A program made the position numbers and the translations under genes. Of a stretch of DNA of 64,000 nt, positions 45,936 to 60,458 are shown one piece after another. The stretch's first letter is position 1. Each line of letters begins with the position of its first letter. This DNA is from Hydrolagus colliei (taxonomy: Eukaryota), in assembly GCA_035084275.1 (NCBI GenBank), contig CM068743.1, forward strand, positions 79,608,001 to 79,672,000, given 5' to 3'. Under the pieces are notes generated by a model. The model did not search any database and was not told the DNA's origin. It worked only from the letters and a program-made list of their open reading frames with translations.

Positions 45936-48839
45936 ACAAAATAGTGTGTGGCATAAACAGCATCACCTCGCTTTGGTTTGGATCCAACTTCTCTTCTGAA
46001 CCAAAGTCTTGCACTTTCCACAGAGGAAACATTGGCTGTGGTTAAGAAGCCACGGTGCTGATGCCTTGAGAACACTTAGTGTTAAAAAAAGTTCTAACCT
46101 ACTCAATCGGGTAGGAAACAAAATAGGAATATATCACATGCTTGGGATAAGTTGGAAAACATTTAACAGAGAAAAGCAATGAACACGAATGTCTTGTCAA
46201 GTCAAATTACAATAGCTCAATCTCTTCAAATAAATGAAGCAGATGGAATCAGAAGAACAGATGGCACCTCCTTAAAGGAAGCGATCTCGCAGCGTGTGTC
46301 CTGACAAAGTTGCAGTCACCAAGTGTTCATCAGCGGGAATGAAGCAAGAAGCCACAACAACAACAACAACAAAATTACACTTATATAGCGCCTTTCACGT
46401 CGGGGGGACGTCCCATGTACCCAGTTAACCAAGCACTTGGCAGAGGTCCCAAAGGGAGACACAACATTCAGGCTGTGCAGTCGGACTAAATAGAAAGATA
46501 TCCAACGTTGAATGTCCTCCACACACAACTCCTCCATCATGCAACATCCTCATCTCCCCCTACCTCCTAATTATCTTTTGCTGCATGGAAATTTCTAATC
46601 TGTGATATAATATTCCCAGATATCATAATGCTTGCTGTTGATATAGTGCCTATGACGTCAACATTTTCCTTCTAAGTGCAGTGTCTGTATATTTTGTAGG
46701 TGAATGATGCATTCAATTTGCACACCACAATGTCCCACAAACAGCCATGAAGTAAATGACCAATTTTATAATTACAACTCAATACCCTTCCTTTTCATTG
46801 AGATTGGTCAAAAAGCTGCTTCAGGATAAATTGTGACTCCAAGTTGCAAATAAGACTAGCCATCCTATCTTTACTTGCTTCAATTTGATTTGTCTTGCGA
46901 TTTCACTTACTCCACATTATAAAGACTCCTCTCAATGTTTAGCCTGAAATAATCTGAGAGAAATCAGATATACACTCAATAGAATGCGGCATATCAAGAC
47001 AGCCTGCAGACCCAGTTCAGTGGGTTCTGATCCAAACCACAGTTTATGGTGCAGCTGCATTTAGCACATATATTTTTCTTTCATCATCTTAAGACAGCTA
47101 ATTGCAGTAAATGTCAATAGGGGTTTTGACCAGCATGTGACACCAACCACTGGCATCAGCTACAAGCGCTATTAACAGCAACCCCAGGTGCACCATTGAT
47201 TGGGACCAACAAGACGTTTTTAGCACAATATGTGACCTGAAGTGATTAATGTTTATTAGAATTTCTGAATCACTCAGATAAACCTACACATATCACCCAC
47301 TCTTCCCCTTTCCCCACCTGCCCAGTCAAGGTTAGCATGAATAGGTGATAAACAAACCAGCCCTCTCCAGTCACCTTGGAGAGGCCAGGCCTGTGTGACG
47401 ATCCCCACTTCAATGCATGACCAATAATCATAGTCAAATCTCTTTTCCTTCTCCATTGCCATTAGTGGAACTCCCTTCAATCTTTGTGCTTGTTCCCAGT
47501 CTTTATCAGGCACCAGTGTGGACTGCACAAGGCTTATCAATATTCAGATCCATCTGCCACACTTTGGTTCTGATCTTACCAACATAGGCTGGTGTATTGT
47601 GCTTTAAGGAGCAGAGCGCAAAGTGCAACCTTTAAAATCGAGTTAAGACTATTTTGAGAACCAGCTCTGAAAATTACCAGTACTCACTCTCATGTCAAAT
47701 GTGGCATTTAATGCACTCGCCACACACTCAGCCTCCTGCAGCATTCTTGTCTACTCAATAAGTACTCTCTAGGTAAGAAAAAGTATCCTAGGATCTTTCC
47801 TGAAATTGCTCCTGGCTATTCCAAACCTGTGTCCTCTTGTTCTGCTCTCTAGTTTTACATGTTCAATCCTTTTTTAAATGTTATATAATCTCTCTAAGGT
47901 CTGTCACCATCGACTTTCTAAAAGAAAACGAATATGTAGCTGAATCAATGCCATACAATGAGATACAAAATCTGCAGAAAGTATGCAACTTAGTTAAGTT
48001 GCAACAAGGCCTCGTTGAGACCAACCGAGGGAACACTTTGGAGGAAAGATGCAGCTTGGGTGAAGGCGCACCACAATGCAATACCTGCAAAGGAGGAGGG
48101 AAAACTGTTGCAAGAAATAGGAGTCTGTTCATCAGGTCGTGTCCAGTGTTTGTTGAGTAGAGCTCTTGGAGGTTACCAGCGGTCCAGAGAGGGTTGTTGC
48201 TTCCCACTTAAGAGGCATCTGTGAATGGGAATTTGTAACCCAGAGGCTGCTAAAGTCAAAAACACAGGTGTTGTGGGAATTAGGTGAAGATCTGGTCGAA
48301 ATAGATGCTGAAATGTGACGTTGAGTTCAAAATCACAAGTTGCCTTTATTAAGTTGGGTTTTGATTCCAGAGTTTGAAGATTGCAGAGTCCTACTGTATG
48401 CCCATTCCTAATACGTTTTACAGTTTAAATCTGCTCATTTCATCATGAATCATCTGGCTTAAATATGTGAGAGAATGGGGAGGGATTTGTTGGACAAAAG
48501 GAAAGATCTTAAGATGAGTTATCGTGTCCTATTTTGCCTCCTCACCCTCCTGATTCTCACTTGGTGAAGGGTCCCCTCTATATAAAATCCCACAAAGCTC
48601 AAGTTAAGAAAATGTTTTATTATTTCTCAGCCTCACAAAAGGTACATAGCAGAGCTTCCTGGGACAGACTGGAGGGCAGAAACACTGTCATGCGAGTTTG
48701 GGAGTGAGACAGAGAGACAACGGCATGAAACACATGTGCACATACTGCAACGGTAAGAGCTCTGGAAGACACACGCATGATGGCTTCAGGGATGGGGAGG
48801 GAAGCAGGGGCAAAGGTCGCCGTACATTTCACCGCTTAC

Positions 48840-48947
48840 CTGTCTGAGAAAGGGAATATCCGTAGCGTTGATACCCGTCAATGTCTTGCCATTTTCTGTT
48901 GTCTATTGACCTCAGTGACTGGCTTCTGGAATTATAGCGTCCATTTG
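48840..48947 (-). CDS. ADGRB1: ADGRB1 exon, TSR1-TSR2 linker
   Basis: ccttgccatag|CAAATGG...CAGACAG|gtaagc; 108 nt, phase 1-1. Encodes (T)NGRYNSRSQSLRSIDNRKWQDIDGYQRYGYSLSQT(G); SRSQSLRS and the terminal QTG match the BAI1 linker. Confidence 0.92.
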
Positions 48948-49269
48948 CTATGGCAAGGCAATGGCTGGTGTAAATAAACCTTGACTTATGTCTTATGTAT
49001 ACGAAGGAGTACAGTTTCACAAAGCATTTCATTTAATGAAAAATTACACTTTAAGGCAACTTTCTTACCAGTAAAAACCACAGTATTCCTTTTTCTTCTT
49101 TTACATCAACAATCATTTCAAAGCTATCATCCTTTCCCCTTATCCCTAACCCACCCATCCTAAAAAAAGCAACGCATTTGATATTCCATGGGATAAGTTT
49201 TGGTTTATTTTAGTGGTAAACACAGGATATACTAGCCATGGAGAATGTCATGTGACATTTCACTAGTTT

Positions 49270-49730
49270 AATGCTGGGATTGAGGGCCTTAGCTATGATG
49301 AGAGACTGAGGTTATATAACACAATACAAGTTACATTCACACGGTGCCTTTCACGTTGGGAGGATGTCTCAAAGTGCTTATATTCCTTAGAATAAAGGAG
49401 GTTATAGATTGATTTGTTTGAGGTGTCTAAAATAACAAAAGGGCTTGACAAGTTAGATGGTGGGCGACCAAATCCATTACAATGGAGAGAATGGCCTTCA
49501 AATCAAACAAAGAGTTAGAACTAAGGTTAAGAAGCATTTCTCCACAAGAAGCTGTGAAAAGCTCAACTCCAGAAAAGATGTAGCACTCGAATCATTGAAT
49601 ACTGGAAGTTTTAAGGGGCTTGGGGAATGAGCAGCATTGCAATTAAAAGATCTACCAAGATCTATAAATTTTTTGGAATAGGCTTGATGGGCTAAATAAC
49701 TTCCACCTGTTTCTGTTTTCTATGTTCCTA
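49270..49730 (+). mobile_element. Degenerate CR1 3' fragment with a short L2 tail inserted
   Basis: gggattgagggccttagctatgatgagagact...ataggcttgatgggctaaata...ttctatgttcc; L2 tail (acacggtgcctttcacgttgggaggatgtc) at about 49320-49380. Confidence 0.6.
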
Positions 49731-52700
49731 ACAGAGAAAGGTTATTGGTGCTAGGTATGAATTGTTAACACAGGGAGTTAAATAGGTTACAAGAAATATT
49801 TCACTCAGAAAATTATTGGAACACAGAATGCTTTTCTACCAGTGGCTAATGAGGCCGAGGTGAAAAAACATGTAATGGGAAATGGATATTTATCAGGGCT
49901 GGAATTTTCTCATGCTTTTAAGCTAAAGTATATTAAAATTGAAGTTTATTAGGAATTTGGGAAATAAAGTTGTATTTTGGAAGTTTCTCACAGTTGTTTG
50001 GGTATTGCAGAAAATCAGTTTCCAAATAATGAGTCTACTTAAGACATACTTACAAACACACTTAAATGTTTAAGCAATGGCTTTAAGTTAGGAATAAGTG
50101 GAATTCTGAGCTGTTAGTGAAGGAATTATGTTTGGAGTAGATAAGTTCCAGAGGAGCAACTAATTTCAGCATCGACTCAGTTAACTGAATCACCTTCCGT
50201 GCGTTGGTATTTCTATGATGGGGGAGGGGTAAACATTAAGAGGGCAAACTGAGATAACTTAGCAAAGGCTGGAATTTCAGATTTCAGACTAATCTGGGTT
50301 GCTGTCAATCAGTGGGACATTATTTGCTGAACAAGGAACAGAATTGTGGAACCACAATAATAAGATAAAGGTTTCAATGGGATAATGAACACCTATCTGC
50401 TGATTAACACACGCATCATAAGTTAGCCACCTTTTGATAGTTAACACACTGACCTCAGGTGGACCCTTCATCCTTCTGTCTCTAACAGAAGGATGAAGAT
50501 TCTGAGATTCAACCGTGCACTGAAGTTTTCAGCTTTCAGGCCGTAGCGTTGGACAGGCTAAATTAACAGGTTTATTTAAACAAACAATAACAAGATAAAG
50601 GTGGGATCTCACTAAACAGTGTTCCAATTCTAGGATCACATACTGAAATTCCAATGTTCAGAAACTGGAGCTTAACCAGATCCTCAGGTGTCTGAGAAAC
50701 AAGAGGTGGTGGAGGGGAAATCACTCCGCTTGCTGAATACCCAGGGACCAGTCAATGCGTTAATTATCATAAAGTTGCTAAACTGAAAGTATGTACGAAT
50801 TTGCATACAGTTAACAGTGCCAAATTTCACAGGTAACTACAAACTTCAAGAAACATGTTAACTGGAAAAGCCAATTTTCCAGCAGTTTTAAAATAAACGT
50901 GGGATTAGATTTAAGAATCCAGTTCAACCTTGTAAATTGGGATCAAATTAACTATTTTCCACAACTTCGTACCATCTAAAAGTTTAAGAAATAAAATAAT
51001 CTTGCAGGCTGAGACCACAAGTATAAAATTCCATCTTGTCTTAAAATTTAAGACAGTTCAGGAAATTCCTTAAATTTAGTCTGAATTTGAAAGTTGGTTT
51101 TGTTTTGAAGAATTGGGGGAACCTCATCTTCTAAACAAAGCTGTCTCTCTCGGGAGGAACTCCATCCCAAAGTACTTTTGACTCATCCTTGCCTCCTTCA
51201 AGGTCCACCTCACAGCCTTCCTCTTTGACCACAATTTGGGCCAGCTTTCTCCCCCTCATTACCACCTCTACCCCCAGTCCACACTTCTTCCCCCAGTCTC
51301 AAAACCGAGCCCAGGTGCAGACCCTGGGACTCAGCACCTTCGGATGTCCTCCTAAGGTTAAAGGCACCATATAAATGTAACTGTGTTAAATGTAAATGTA
51401 AAGGCCGAATTTAACAATTCTCCATTGTTCTGCACTACAAAATCTTCTTGCAAGCTGAGACTGAAATTTCTGCATCTGAGTAGTTCTTCAGTGGTTCTTC
51501 CATTCCACTGTGAATGAACACAATTCATATCCAAAAAAACATCATAGTCTACAGCAGCACAGGGATAAGAGTATCCTATAGTTACCACAGTTGAAAGCAG
51601 TGCTTAAATTGCAATGATTGAAGACTGAGAGTGTAACTGCAGAATAACACATTGATGGGAAGGATAAGGTTAGACAATAACGTTTGCAAGTCTAGAGCAA
51701 AATTGTAAGGATTAGAGTGATGCTTTGGTACCCTGAAGTATTTTTTTTCATTTCCACAAGCGATTGGATAACTGATAGTGATGAAATTTGTCCGAAATGT
51801 GCAGAAAAAGTAACACTGTGGTCTTGAAGCAAATTATGTCCTTGAATTTTGTTAATCCCTAAAATGGGGAGGGGGGGGGGGGAGGAGATTGCAGGGGAAG
51901 AAACATATTCCGTTCAAACAGAAACAAGACATAATCTGTTCTCAGTTACAAATGTTTTGAACCATGATTTAGGGAAAATGGCTTGTGATCAATACCAAAG
52001 AAAGACTTATGTACACAGAAAATTAGTGTCCTATTTCTCTCCACCTTTCCATCACTGACAGGGAACAAATAGTATTTGCAACTGCAGCAGATAGAATTTC
52101 TCTTGACCTTTTCTCCTCACCTCCCGTCTACAACAGAGTGACAGAATCAGAGTGAGATGGACAGAATGAGCATCCATAGGACTTGGGAGAAGCATACCAT
52201 TAATTGGGGACTGGATTTTTTCCACTCAGCTCTTGTTAACCTAACCACCCAAAGCAAAGGCCTAAAGGTGGCCATAGCTGAAAAAGCAATGGGAAGTTTA
52301 CCAGACTGTGTTTGAATTGAAAGCCTCCTGGCTCTTGCCAATCTGCACCTTATAGTTATATTGCGATGAGCTGAGCAAGGTGTGCATCTCTCCAGGAAGG
52401 TGTGCACACCCTATTCCAGACAAAGGGAGATTTTCACGTATATTTAGAACGCTTAGTAGTTTGGTTTAGACACCCTTCTGTGATGGTGATGGGGTTTCCA
52501 TGCATTTCATGCACCTGATTTACCACAAAAAAATACTTGGCAAGTAAGGATGTCAACAACTACAAACTTGCACTTATGTACCCCACTTCATGTAAAATAA
52601 TGAGTTGGGAGTGCTGTATAGTGGGGGATTGGACAAGGGTGAATGGACTAAAGGCAAAAAAATGGAACTTGCCATGATCCAGTGAAGAGGCAGGTGGAAG

Positions 52701-55042
52701 GGGCTCTTCGGACTGTTCCTAACATACACTTTATATAAGGGGTGAAATGAACCGATCTGGAAGAAGTATTCAGGCTACTATTTTGTGTGGGACAAACAAA
52801 GAAATAACTTGTGTAGCACTTCAATAGGCTCAACGTGGTTAAAGATCTCAAAGCCTTTACAGGTCAATTGTAGTGAATGATTTTATAGGCAAATGTGACC
52901 GCCATTTGGATCATATGTCTACTTTTCATAGTGAGTGCTCTTTCCTATATACTGTAGATAAATAAATATATACAGTATATATCTATGCTGGTAAATCTGT
53001 ATCTCCTCCAACTTAATAAGGCCTTGAAACAATATGAGGATAAGACTGGGCAGTAGGAGTGAATTCATCGCCTTACTCTAGGAGACAGTGTAGACTCGAT
53101 GGGCCAAATGGCCTCCATCTGCGCAATGGATTTCTGTTTAACAATGTTTCTAATACTCACCAGACCAATTTTCTCCCATTCCCCAACCTCATCCAATTGA
53201 AACTTTTTGTCTGTGTGAACATATTGTGAAGGGGAAGCCTCATCACTAGGGCCTATTCTTAATGCAAATTGAGTGTAGTTTTTAAAAAAAATCTTGATTT
53301 GGGATTAGTTTTGTGTATAACACAGAGACTTCTCACAACATATTACACAGTGAAAAAACGTTGCTAGAGTTAACCTCTAGTGAATCCTGATGGCTCGATG
53401 AAGGAAACAGCAAACAGTGAATAGCCACATAATCCTTGACCAAAAAGGAAGATTCCTGCACCTTGTGTTTTCAATTGTAGTTTGTAAGAATGTAATAAGT
53501 ACAAATATCAAATATCTCTGTCAGTGGAGGGGACAATGACAATATAATTTGGGGATAGAGTATTTGCAAATTAATTGTCTAGACTGTATGTCATTCAAGT
53601 TGCAAGCTCCCTGGAAACGGAGGACATGTGAGTACCTGGTTAAAGCAGCTGGTGGCGCATAGTCTCAATCTGGATTATTAACATGTTGTGGCTAATTGGG
53701 GGCTTCAACTCCATATCCAAGACTAAGTTAGAGGAAAGGAAGGCTGGGGTCTGCACAAAATTTAAGACAAGAAGGCAGGGCTGGTGTATTCCATCTCTGA
53801 GCTGCTAAAGCACTTTAGAAATCCCAAGGCAGCAATAGTGATAAGTAGGGTCAATGTATCGTAAAAGATTTCCATTTTTCTGCCAGAAGATTCAGATATC
53901 TGTGTCAGCTCATTTGTAGATTGGATGTCAAGACAAGGAGCTGACTGCTTTCAGCCTTAGGGGATTGGCAACTTCTACAGAATAGAGCTACGCAGAGTTA
54001 TTGACTTGCTTGTCTGGCATTGAAGGTAAAATAGAACCAAGGGGATGACCATCACTTTAAAAGCATCTAACAGGTTATTGATGAAGGTGAAGAACAGTGG
54101 AACTGAGTATCTTCACTTCAAGGAGCATTGAGCGAGTGATCCCATGAGACGAGCACCACTTTATCATAATCTAATGGCTGCTAAGGAAATCTCTAAGGAT
54201 CTATTCTGCTTGGGGCTGAATGAAAGAACTTTAATGGATTTGTTTATTGTAAGAAAATCCCCTTTTAAGTGTACGACTAAAAGTCATTGCATTTGGGAGC
54301 ACAGGATACATTGCCTCCTTCATATCCAACTCAACAGCTCATAAGTTCAAAGTACTAAAATTAATGTGAACAGAAACAGAGGAAATGTTTTATCTTGATT
54401 TTATCATGTCCAGGTTTATTATGCCGTTGCTCTGTTCACTGGACACTTCTTCTAGAAATGTAATTTGGTTGTTATTGCTCTTCACTACAAAAGTTACAGA
54501 TTAGAACTCTGTAGACCATGTTCTCTTCCACCTCACTTCAAAAGCCTACCACATCCTACTTTACTCAGCTCAGCTGGTTCTTTGTTCCCATGTTCAAATC
54601 CCTCCACGTGTCTCCCCTTGCCCTACAATTGAGACCTGCTCCAACCATACCATCCTATGCCTTCAATCAGTGAACACTGGCCTGCATCATGTCCCCAGTT
54701 CTATTTGCACCAGATGGGCTTTCAGACATTTTGTCACGCTTTCTGAAACTCCATCCCGGACTCCCTGTCACTATCTTCCACCCTCCTCTCCTTAAGCCGC
54801 ATCTCAAAATAAATCTCTTTGATTATGCATTCGGTCATCTTTCCTCTCCCTCCTTATGGCCCCCACCACCCAGCTCAAGTCGCTATCTACCACTGTGAAG
54901 TACTTGGAGACATCTTTCCACTTGGAAGATGCTATATAAATGTAATTGTATTGAGCCTTTTCCACCAATTTAGGAGATCTTTCCAAATGATCTACCCTTT
55001 CTCCATTAATCCTTAATACCTACTTTGACTATCGAAATATCT

Positions 55043-56027
55043 GACTCTCCCTCAGGGCTCTGTCCTTAGTCCCCTCCTCTTCAACCTCTACATGCTCCCT
55101 CTTGGTGACATCATCTACAAACATAGGGTAAATTTCCACATGTACGTGGATGACACACGACACTATCTCTCTGTCTCCACCCTTGATTCCAGGACTACTG
55201 GTGTCCATCAAGTCTTGGATGAGAGACAAATTTCTACAGCTGAATGTCATAAATATCGAATCCCTCCTCAGTGGCTCACACCAGACCCTCTGCACCTCAG
55301 GTTTGACCCTGAAGTGTCCTTTCTCCCCCATATCCATGTCAAGACCAGCACTGCTTTCCACTACCTCCGTAACATTGCCCGCCTCCGACACTGCCACACC
55401 CCTCAGGCCATAGAAACCCTCACACAAGCATTTGTCACCTCAAGGCTCGACTAAAGCAACTCCCTCCTCGTTCAGGCCTTCCCAACCGTTCCTTCCACAA
55501 GCTGCAGGTCATCCAAAACTCTGCAACTCGTGCCCTCTCCCATACTAGGTTCTAGTAATTACCCCCACCCTCACCTGGCTCCAATGGCTCACCATCCCTC
55601 CAAGGCTAGAATTCAAGACCCTCATCTTCACTTTCAAGGTCATTTATGTCCTTGCCCACTTCTACCTCTCTGACCTGCTGACCCCCGATCAACCTATCCA
55701 CTCCCACCGTTGAGCAGTCTCTGGCCTGCTCCAGGTTTCCTGACCCACCCTACCATCAGTAGCTGAGCTTTCAGCCTCTCTGCCCCCACAATTTGTAACT
55801 CAACCCCACAATCCCTTCACCTTGCTCCCTCCCTTGCTTCCTTCAAGGCTGGTTTCAAGATCCTCCTTTTTTACTGTGCCTTCGGCTGCCCTCCTACCTC
55901 TCTGCCCTCCCTCATCCTAACCCGGCACCCCCAGTCCCCCATGCTTGGATCCTGACCCTTGACTGTTCAGTGCCTTGGACCATTCTCCTGTTGAAAGGCA
56001 CTCTATAAATGCAATTTTGTTGTTTTG
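55043..56027 (+). mobile_element. L2 LINE 3' fragment (degenerate RT)
   Basis: [20 protein letters not shown]...LRNIARL...AFVTSRLD; tail aaaggcactctataaatgcaattttgttgtt. Confidence 0.9.
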
Positions 56028-59000
56028 AAACTCCTACTCGGATGTGGAATACCCATCCTGCTGGTTGTAGTGGTTGAGATAGAATCCATATTAGCTTTCA
56101 AGAGTGAAATTAAGCAAAATGCATAATTGACAAGGACACCAGATAAAAGGATACTAGACTTACATTGTCTTCCCTCCAGAGGTGGGAATCCACCCTTCTA
56201 AAGAGGAGAGATAATGGGCTTAAAATTTATGAATACAGCCCACCAGATAACAGAGCTTAATCATGAATCCTACGGCTTGCAGGACATCTTGGTAGTTTTC
56301 TTTCCTGGTACTAACCGAGGCTTCAATATGATTTTGCTTGCAAGATCTCACAAGTAACCAAACTAAGAATAAATGGTTTGATATACGAAGAGAAGTGACC
56401 AGATAGAGGTCTCTAAACTAATGAGGGGTTTTGATGAGAGTCCACGGTGTGTAATTATTTCTACTGATCATTGAATCAATGATAAGATGGCATTAAGTTG
56501 GTTAGCAATGGAGTGAGGGAGAAGATTAGGAAGATATCTATTCACAGAGTAAATCTAGCCAGTGCTTTGAAAGTATAGAGTAACATTCCTGGTAGTTTTA
56601 TAGTGTTCCTTGCATTAAATAATGGAAGAGTCAATATTTACCAGCAGGTGTGCCTCCCTCTCCAGTTAAAAAGGAATTGTCCTCTTCAAACTCCCCCAGA
56701 GACCATTTGTTTTGGCATCCAACTGTTTTTTTAAGTACAATTTTTAGTTGCTTTGGGCAAAGGAGCAGAGAGAATCGTACTCTGCTGACAGGGCCCAGAG
56801 ATACATCTCAAATGAGGCCTGGGCTGAGCCTAAGCCTGAGGATGACTTCAAAGTTACCTTCAGACCTGGGGCAGAGGGAATTTCTTACCCTGTTTAAATA
56901 ATCGAATCTCAGAAAATAATCCCAGAAAACTTAATATTAAGCAAAAAAAAGTGTAGTTAAAAGTTATCCCAATGAACAAATATATTTAAAAATACAATTT
57001 GCTTCCAAAGAAAATCCATCAGGTGACGTAGACAGGACAATTACACCCACTTGGAGAGGAGTGTGCTACTTGCTGGTGGATGGTGAATGTTTTCTATTTA
57101 ACATAAGGAATGCTTCAAAATGAACCAGAAATATTACCCCTCTAATAATGTGTGAACGAGAAGTGAGTGGGAAAATATTGATTAGGTGGCAGATTTAGGA
57201 TTAGGCAGCAGTTCAGTGTAATACAATTCCCATTGCACTCTCTGCCCACAAAGGGGGTGGGAGGGTAAATTGACATAGGCACACTCCTTGAGTTGTCCTG
57301 GGCACAGTTGAAGGTGCCAATCTATATCTAACTCCAATCTATCACACTCCCATCACTCCGCTCCATCACTCTGCACAATCAGATGAAGATGTCATCAACA
57401 CTCAACATTTCAGAAAAATTATTCCACACATGGACACAAATGAAGCAATTGCATGTTAAAAGGAATGATTAAATGGTAATAAAGACTTTATTCTACAGTG
57501 GACCTGATTTTGCATATTTTTTAGAAAATGTTTTCCTCGTTTTTTCCGAGAAATAAAGTTTCTCTTCCAATTTGTCACACTCGTCATTTCCATTTATTTT
57601 TGGGGACTTTTTTTCCACATCTTCTGGGGCATGTTTTCCAATGGGTGCATCACCAGCCAAGGGTATAGATAAAAAAAAGACACCTTCCCCATTAGAAGGG
57701 GATATTCATAGCATCATTCACATGTGAGGCTTCATAGTATTGGCAAGACATTCATTCACAGGGGTGTGGCAGAGTGAAAGATTTTTTTAGTCAGCTAAGT
57801 GGAAACAATCACCATGCTTAGGAATAGAAACCAAACAGAATTCCATATACAGAAATGCCATCTACACATGAAATGTCCTTGTGTCTGTAATGGAATGCCT
57901 CTATGGATTATCTAATTCTGGAGAGTATTAGGTCCAGGTCACAAGATCCAAGACCCAGGGACCCCAGAGTGTGAGTTATGATATTGCTGGAATTCAACCA
58001 GATAAAAATAGCTTGCCATTCAGAGCATTGTCTGCCAAGCTTACCGCTGTTTGTCTTGCTAGAACCACCCTATCGGATATAGTTTTGACTTGCAGGGTTA
58101 AAAGAAGCTAAGTGGAAGGTATTCCTGGTCCAAATCCTAGTCTGCCACTCAAGCAGTGATATCTGTGTAGCAATTGGAGGTTGTGGCTGAGGATTTTGTG
58201 CCAGGATTGTCATATGCACTCATAAGAACATATGAAATACTAGGTGAAAAAATAAACCAAGATCCATTTAGTTTGTCTTTTGCCTTCCACCTTCCTGGCG
58301 GTTGCATACACATATGTCCTGACTACCTATGCACTGTATCCCACAATGTTATTTCCTCAAAGAAAGCTGTTTAATCTGTGTTTGAAGGAATCAACATGTC
58401 CTTTTTCAACAGTCTCCCTATGTTCCACTCTTATGCCATTTTTACGTATCCAGTAAAAGGCATGTGGAGCAGCATTGTCAAAAAAAAAGTCCTGGGATCA
58501 GGTTAGATTTACCTACACACGTAGCTGGTGATGGCTTAGGAAAGCTTGATCTGGTAAATGGCACCAATATAAAAATTACAAATAATGGGAAAACGCCATA
58601 CTTTCAAATAAAGTTTTAATATAAGGAAAAATTGGTAGTTTTTCTTAAAACGCTCCTTAAATTAATATCCAGCAAAGGCCTTGACCTCAGTTATGAAAGA
58701 ACATTTTCTAGGACTGGAGGAGAACTTGGAGTTCCTGCATTCTGCCTAGAAAATAACAAACATAATAGCACTTACCAGATGTGCAAGGGATCAAAAAAAA
58801 TAAGGAGGATAGGGGAGAGGATTGGTGGAGGATGGGAGGAGTGGCATGGGGAGGAGTGGTGTGCAAGAGGGAAGGATGGAGCGGTGGACGAGGGGAGGAG
58901 TGTCGGGAAGACGATTGGGAAGTAGTGACAGAGGAGAAGAGGAGTGTCAGGGAAGGGGTGATAGTGCCCCCAGAAGCCATTCAAATACTACATTGTTTTT

Positions 59001-60299
59001 CCATTTGGGAATGTTGAACGGGGTAAAAGTCAATTCCAGTATTAATTTAAGGAACACAATTAGAAATACTTCAAATGTTACCATATAGAATTGCAGAAAT
59101 TATAGTCCAGGCATCTTGCAGAGCCAGGCAGCTCTTATATTGCAATCAACATCTCCAAATAAGAACAGTTAGCAAGGGCACTGAGGGAAGATGAGGAGCT
59201 TGTTTTCCTTCTTCATATGTAAGATTCGTCTAGTATAAAGTCATTATTCATGCTGTATAGAAGGAAATGTAGAGGTGATACCTGCGACATTCGATAACTC
59301 GCTCCTCGTGCTAACAATATGAAGTCGCAAATGTCACACTGCATCATTCTTGACAACTTTTTTTTGAACACTTGAGAATCATTTTAGCTCATCAGTCTAC
59401 AACATGGTTCAGAACAAAGCAGTAACCAGCAGGGAATTAACCAAAAGTACAAGAGGACAAACTTGTCATTTACATACATTCTTTTTATTTCTAAGCCAGA
59501 AAAAGGCAAGGTGATGGAGATTGGGGTCAGTTGTAAGAATTAATCTATAACGCAAAGCACTTAAGGTGGAATACGGGTGAGAGAGGAAAGGTGGGGAAGA
59601 GAAGGTGAGTTATGATTGTGAATATAAATGAGGAATAGGTGAAAATCCTCACAAATAAAGTATCAAATATTAGTGCCTTAAGGTCAGATCTGGTCAGGTG
59701 AACCATTCTAGGAATGTTCTGTGACTCTCTAATGAATCTTCCAGCATGCAGGAAGCCTACACATAACTATCTCTTCCTCTCCCTTCTTCTGACACTCATC
59801 AATGGAGCGTCAGTTGCATGTAGGGTTTTTCTTTAGGAAAGTGACTGTTTTTCCTTTGGGCATGTTCTATGAAAGTGGCCTGGAAGCAAATATGGGATGG
59901 TGGGGTGGAATAAAATTAGGGCATGGGCAGGGGAAAGGGTGAAGATAGGAAGTGTGCTGGCTCCAATTTGGAAATATAATCTTGTTGTATTGGTTAGATT
60001 GGGTAGGGGAAACTGGAGGCCGGGGTGGTATGGTTGTTGGTGTTCGGTTGAGTACGGTACTTGGTGCATTACCCAGTGTCACATCTATTCAGAGTGAGGG
60101 AAGGGGAGAAGGAAATGTATCTCATTGTGAAGCAACTCTGCCCATAGAGGCGGGGAGTGGGTGAGGTGGGTTTGGGTGGGAGAGAGCGGTTACATACATA
60201 GGCAGAAAGGAGAAGAAAGGGGGGAATCTAAGAGAAACGTTGAGTCGAGCGTGAACTACATACAGTGCTCAATTTCCTATAAAATAAATTAAAACTTAC

Positions 60300-60458
60300 T
60301 ATTACAGGGCTGCTTATTGCATAATCTTCCTTCTTCTGAAACTCCTTGACAAACAAACCCTTCCTCTAACTGGGAATGGCAGGTCCTGCTTCGGGTCTGC
60401 AATCCACCCCCGCACGACCTGGTGCAGTCACCCCACAACGACCAGGCATCCCAGTCAC
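60300..60458 (-). CDS. ADGRB1: ADGRB1/BAI1 exon, thrombospondin type-1 repeat 1 (TSR1)
   Basis: Read by hand; absent from the ORF track. ctggttcctgactag|GTGACTGG...TGTAATA|gtaagt; 159 nt, phase 1-1. Encodes (G)[52 protein letters not shown], matching BAI1 [22 protein letters not shown]...EEGRQCN. Confidence 0.93.

Noticed and set aside
60300-60458. Assignment to ADGRB2 or ADGRB3
   Set aside because: Five TSRs including the separate TSR1, plus [30 protein letters not shown] and GTTNQ.CI.WDETD, are BAI1-type; ADGRB2 and ADGRB3 have four TSRs.
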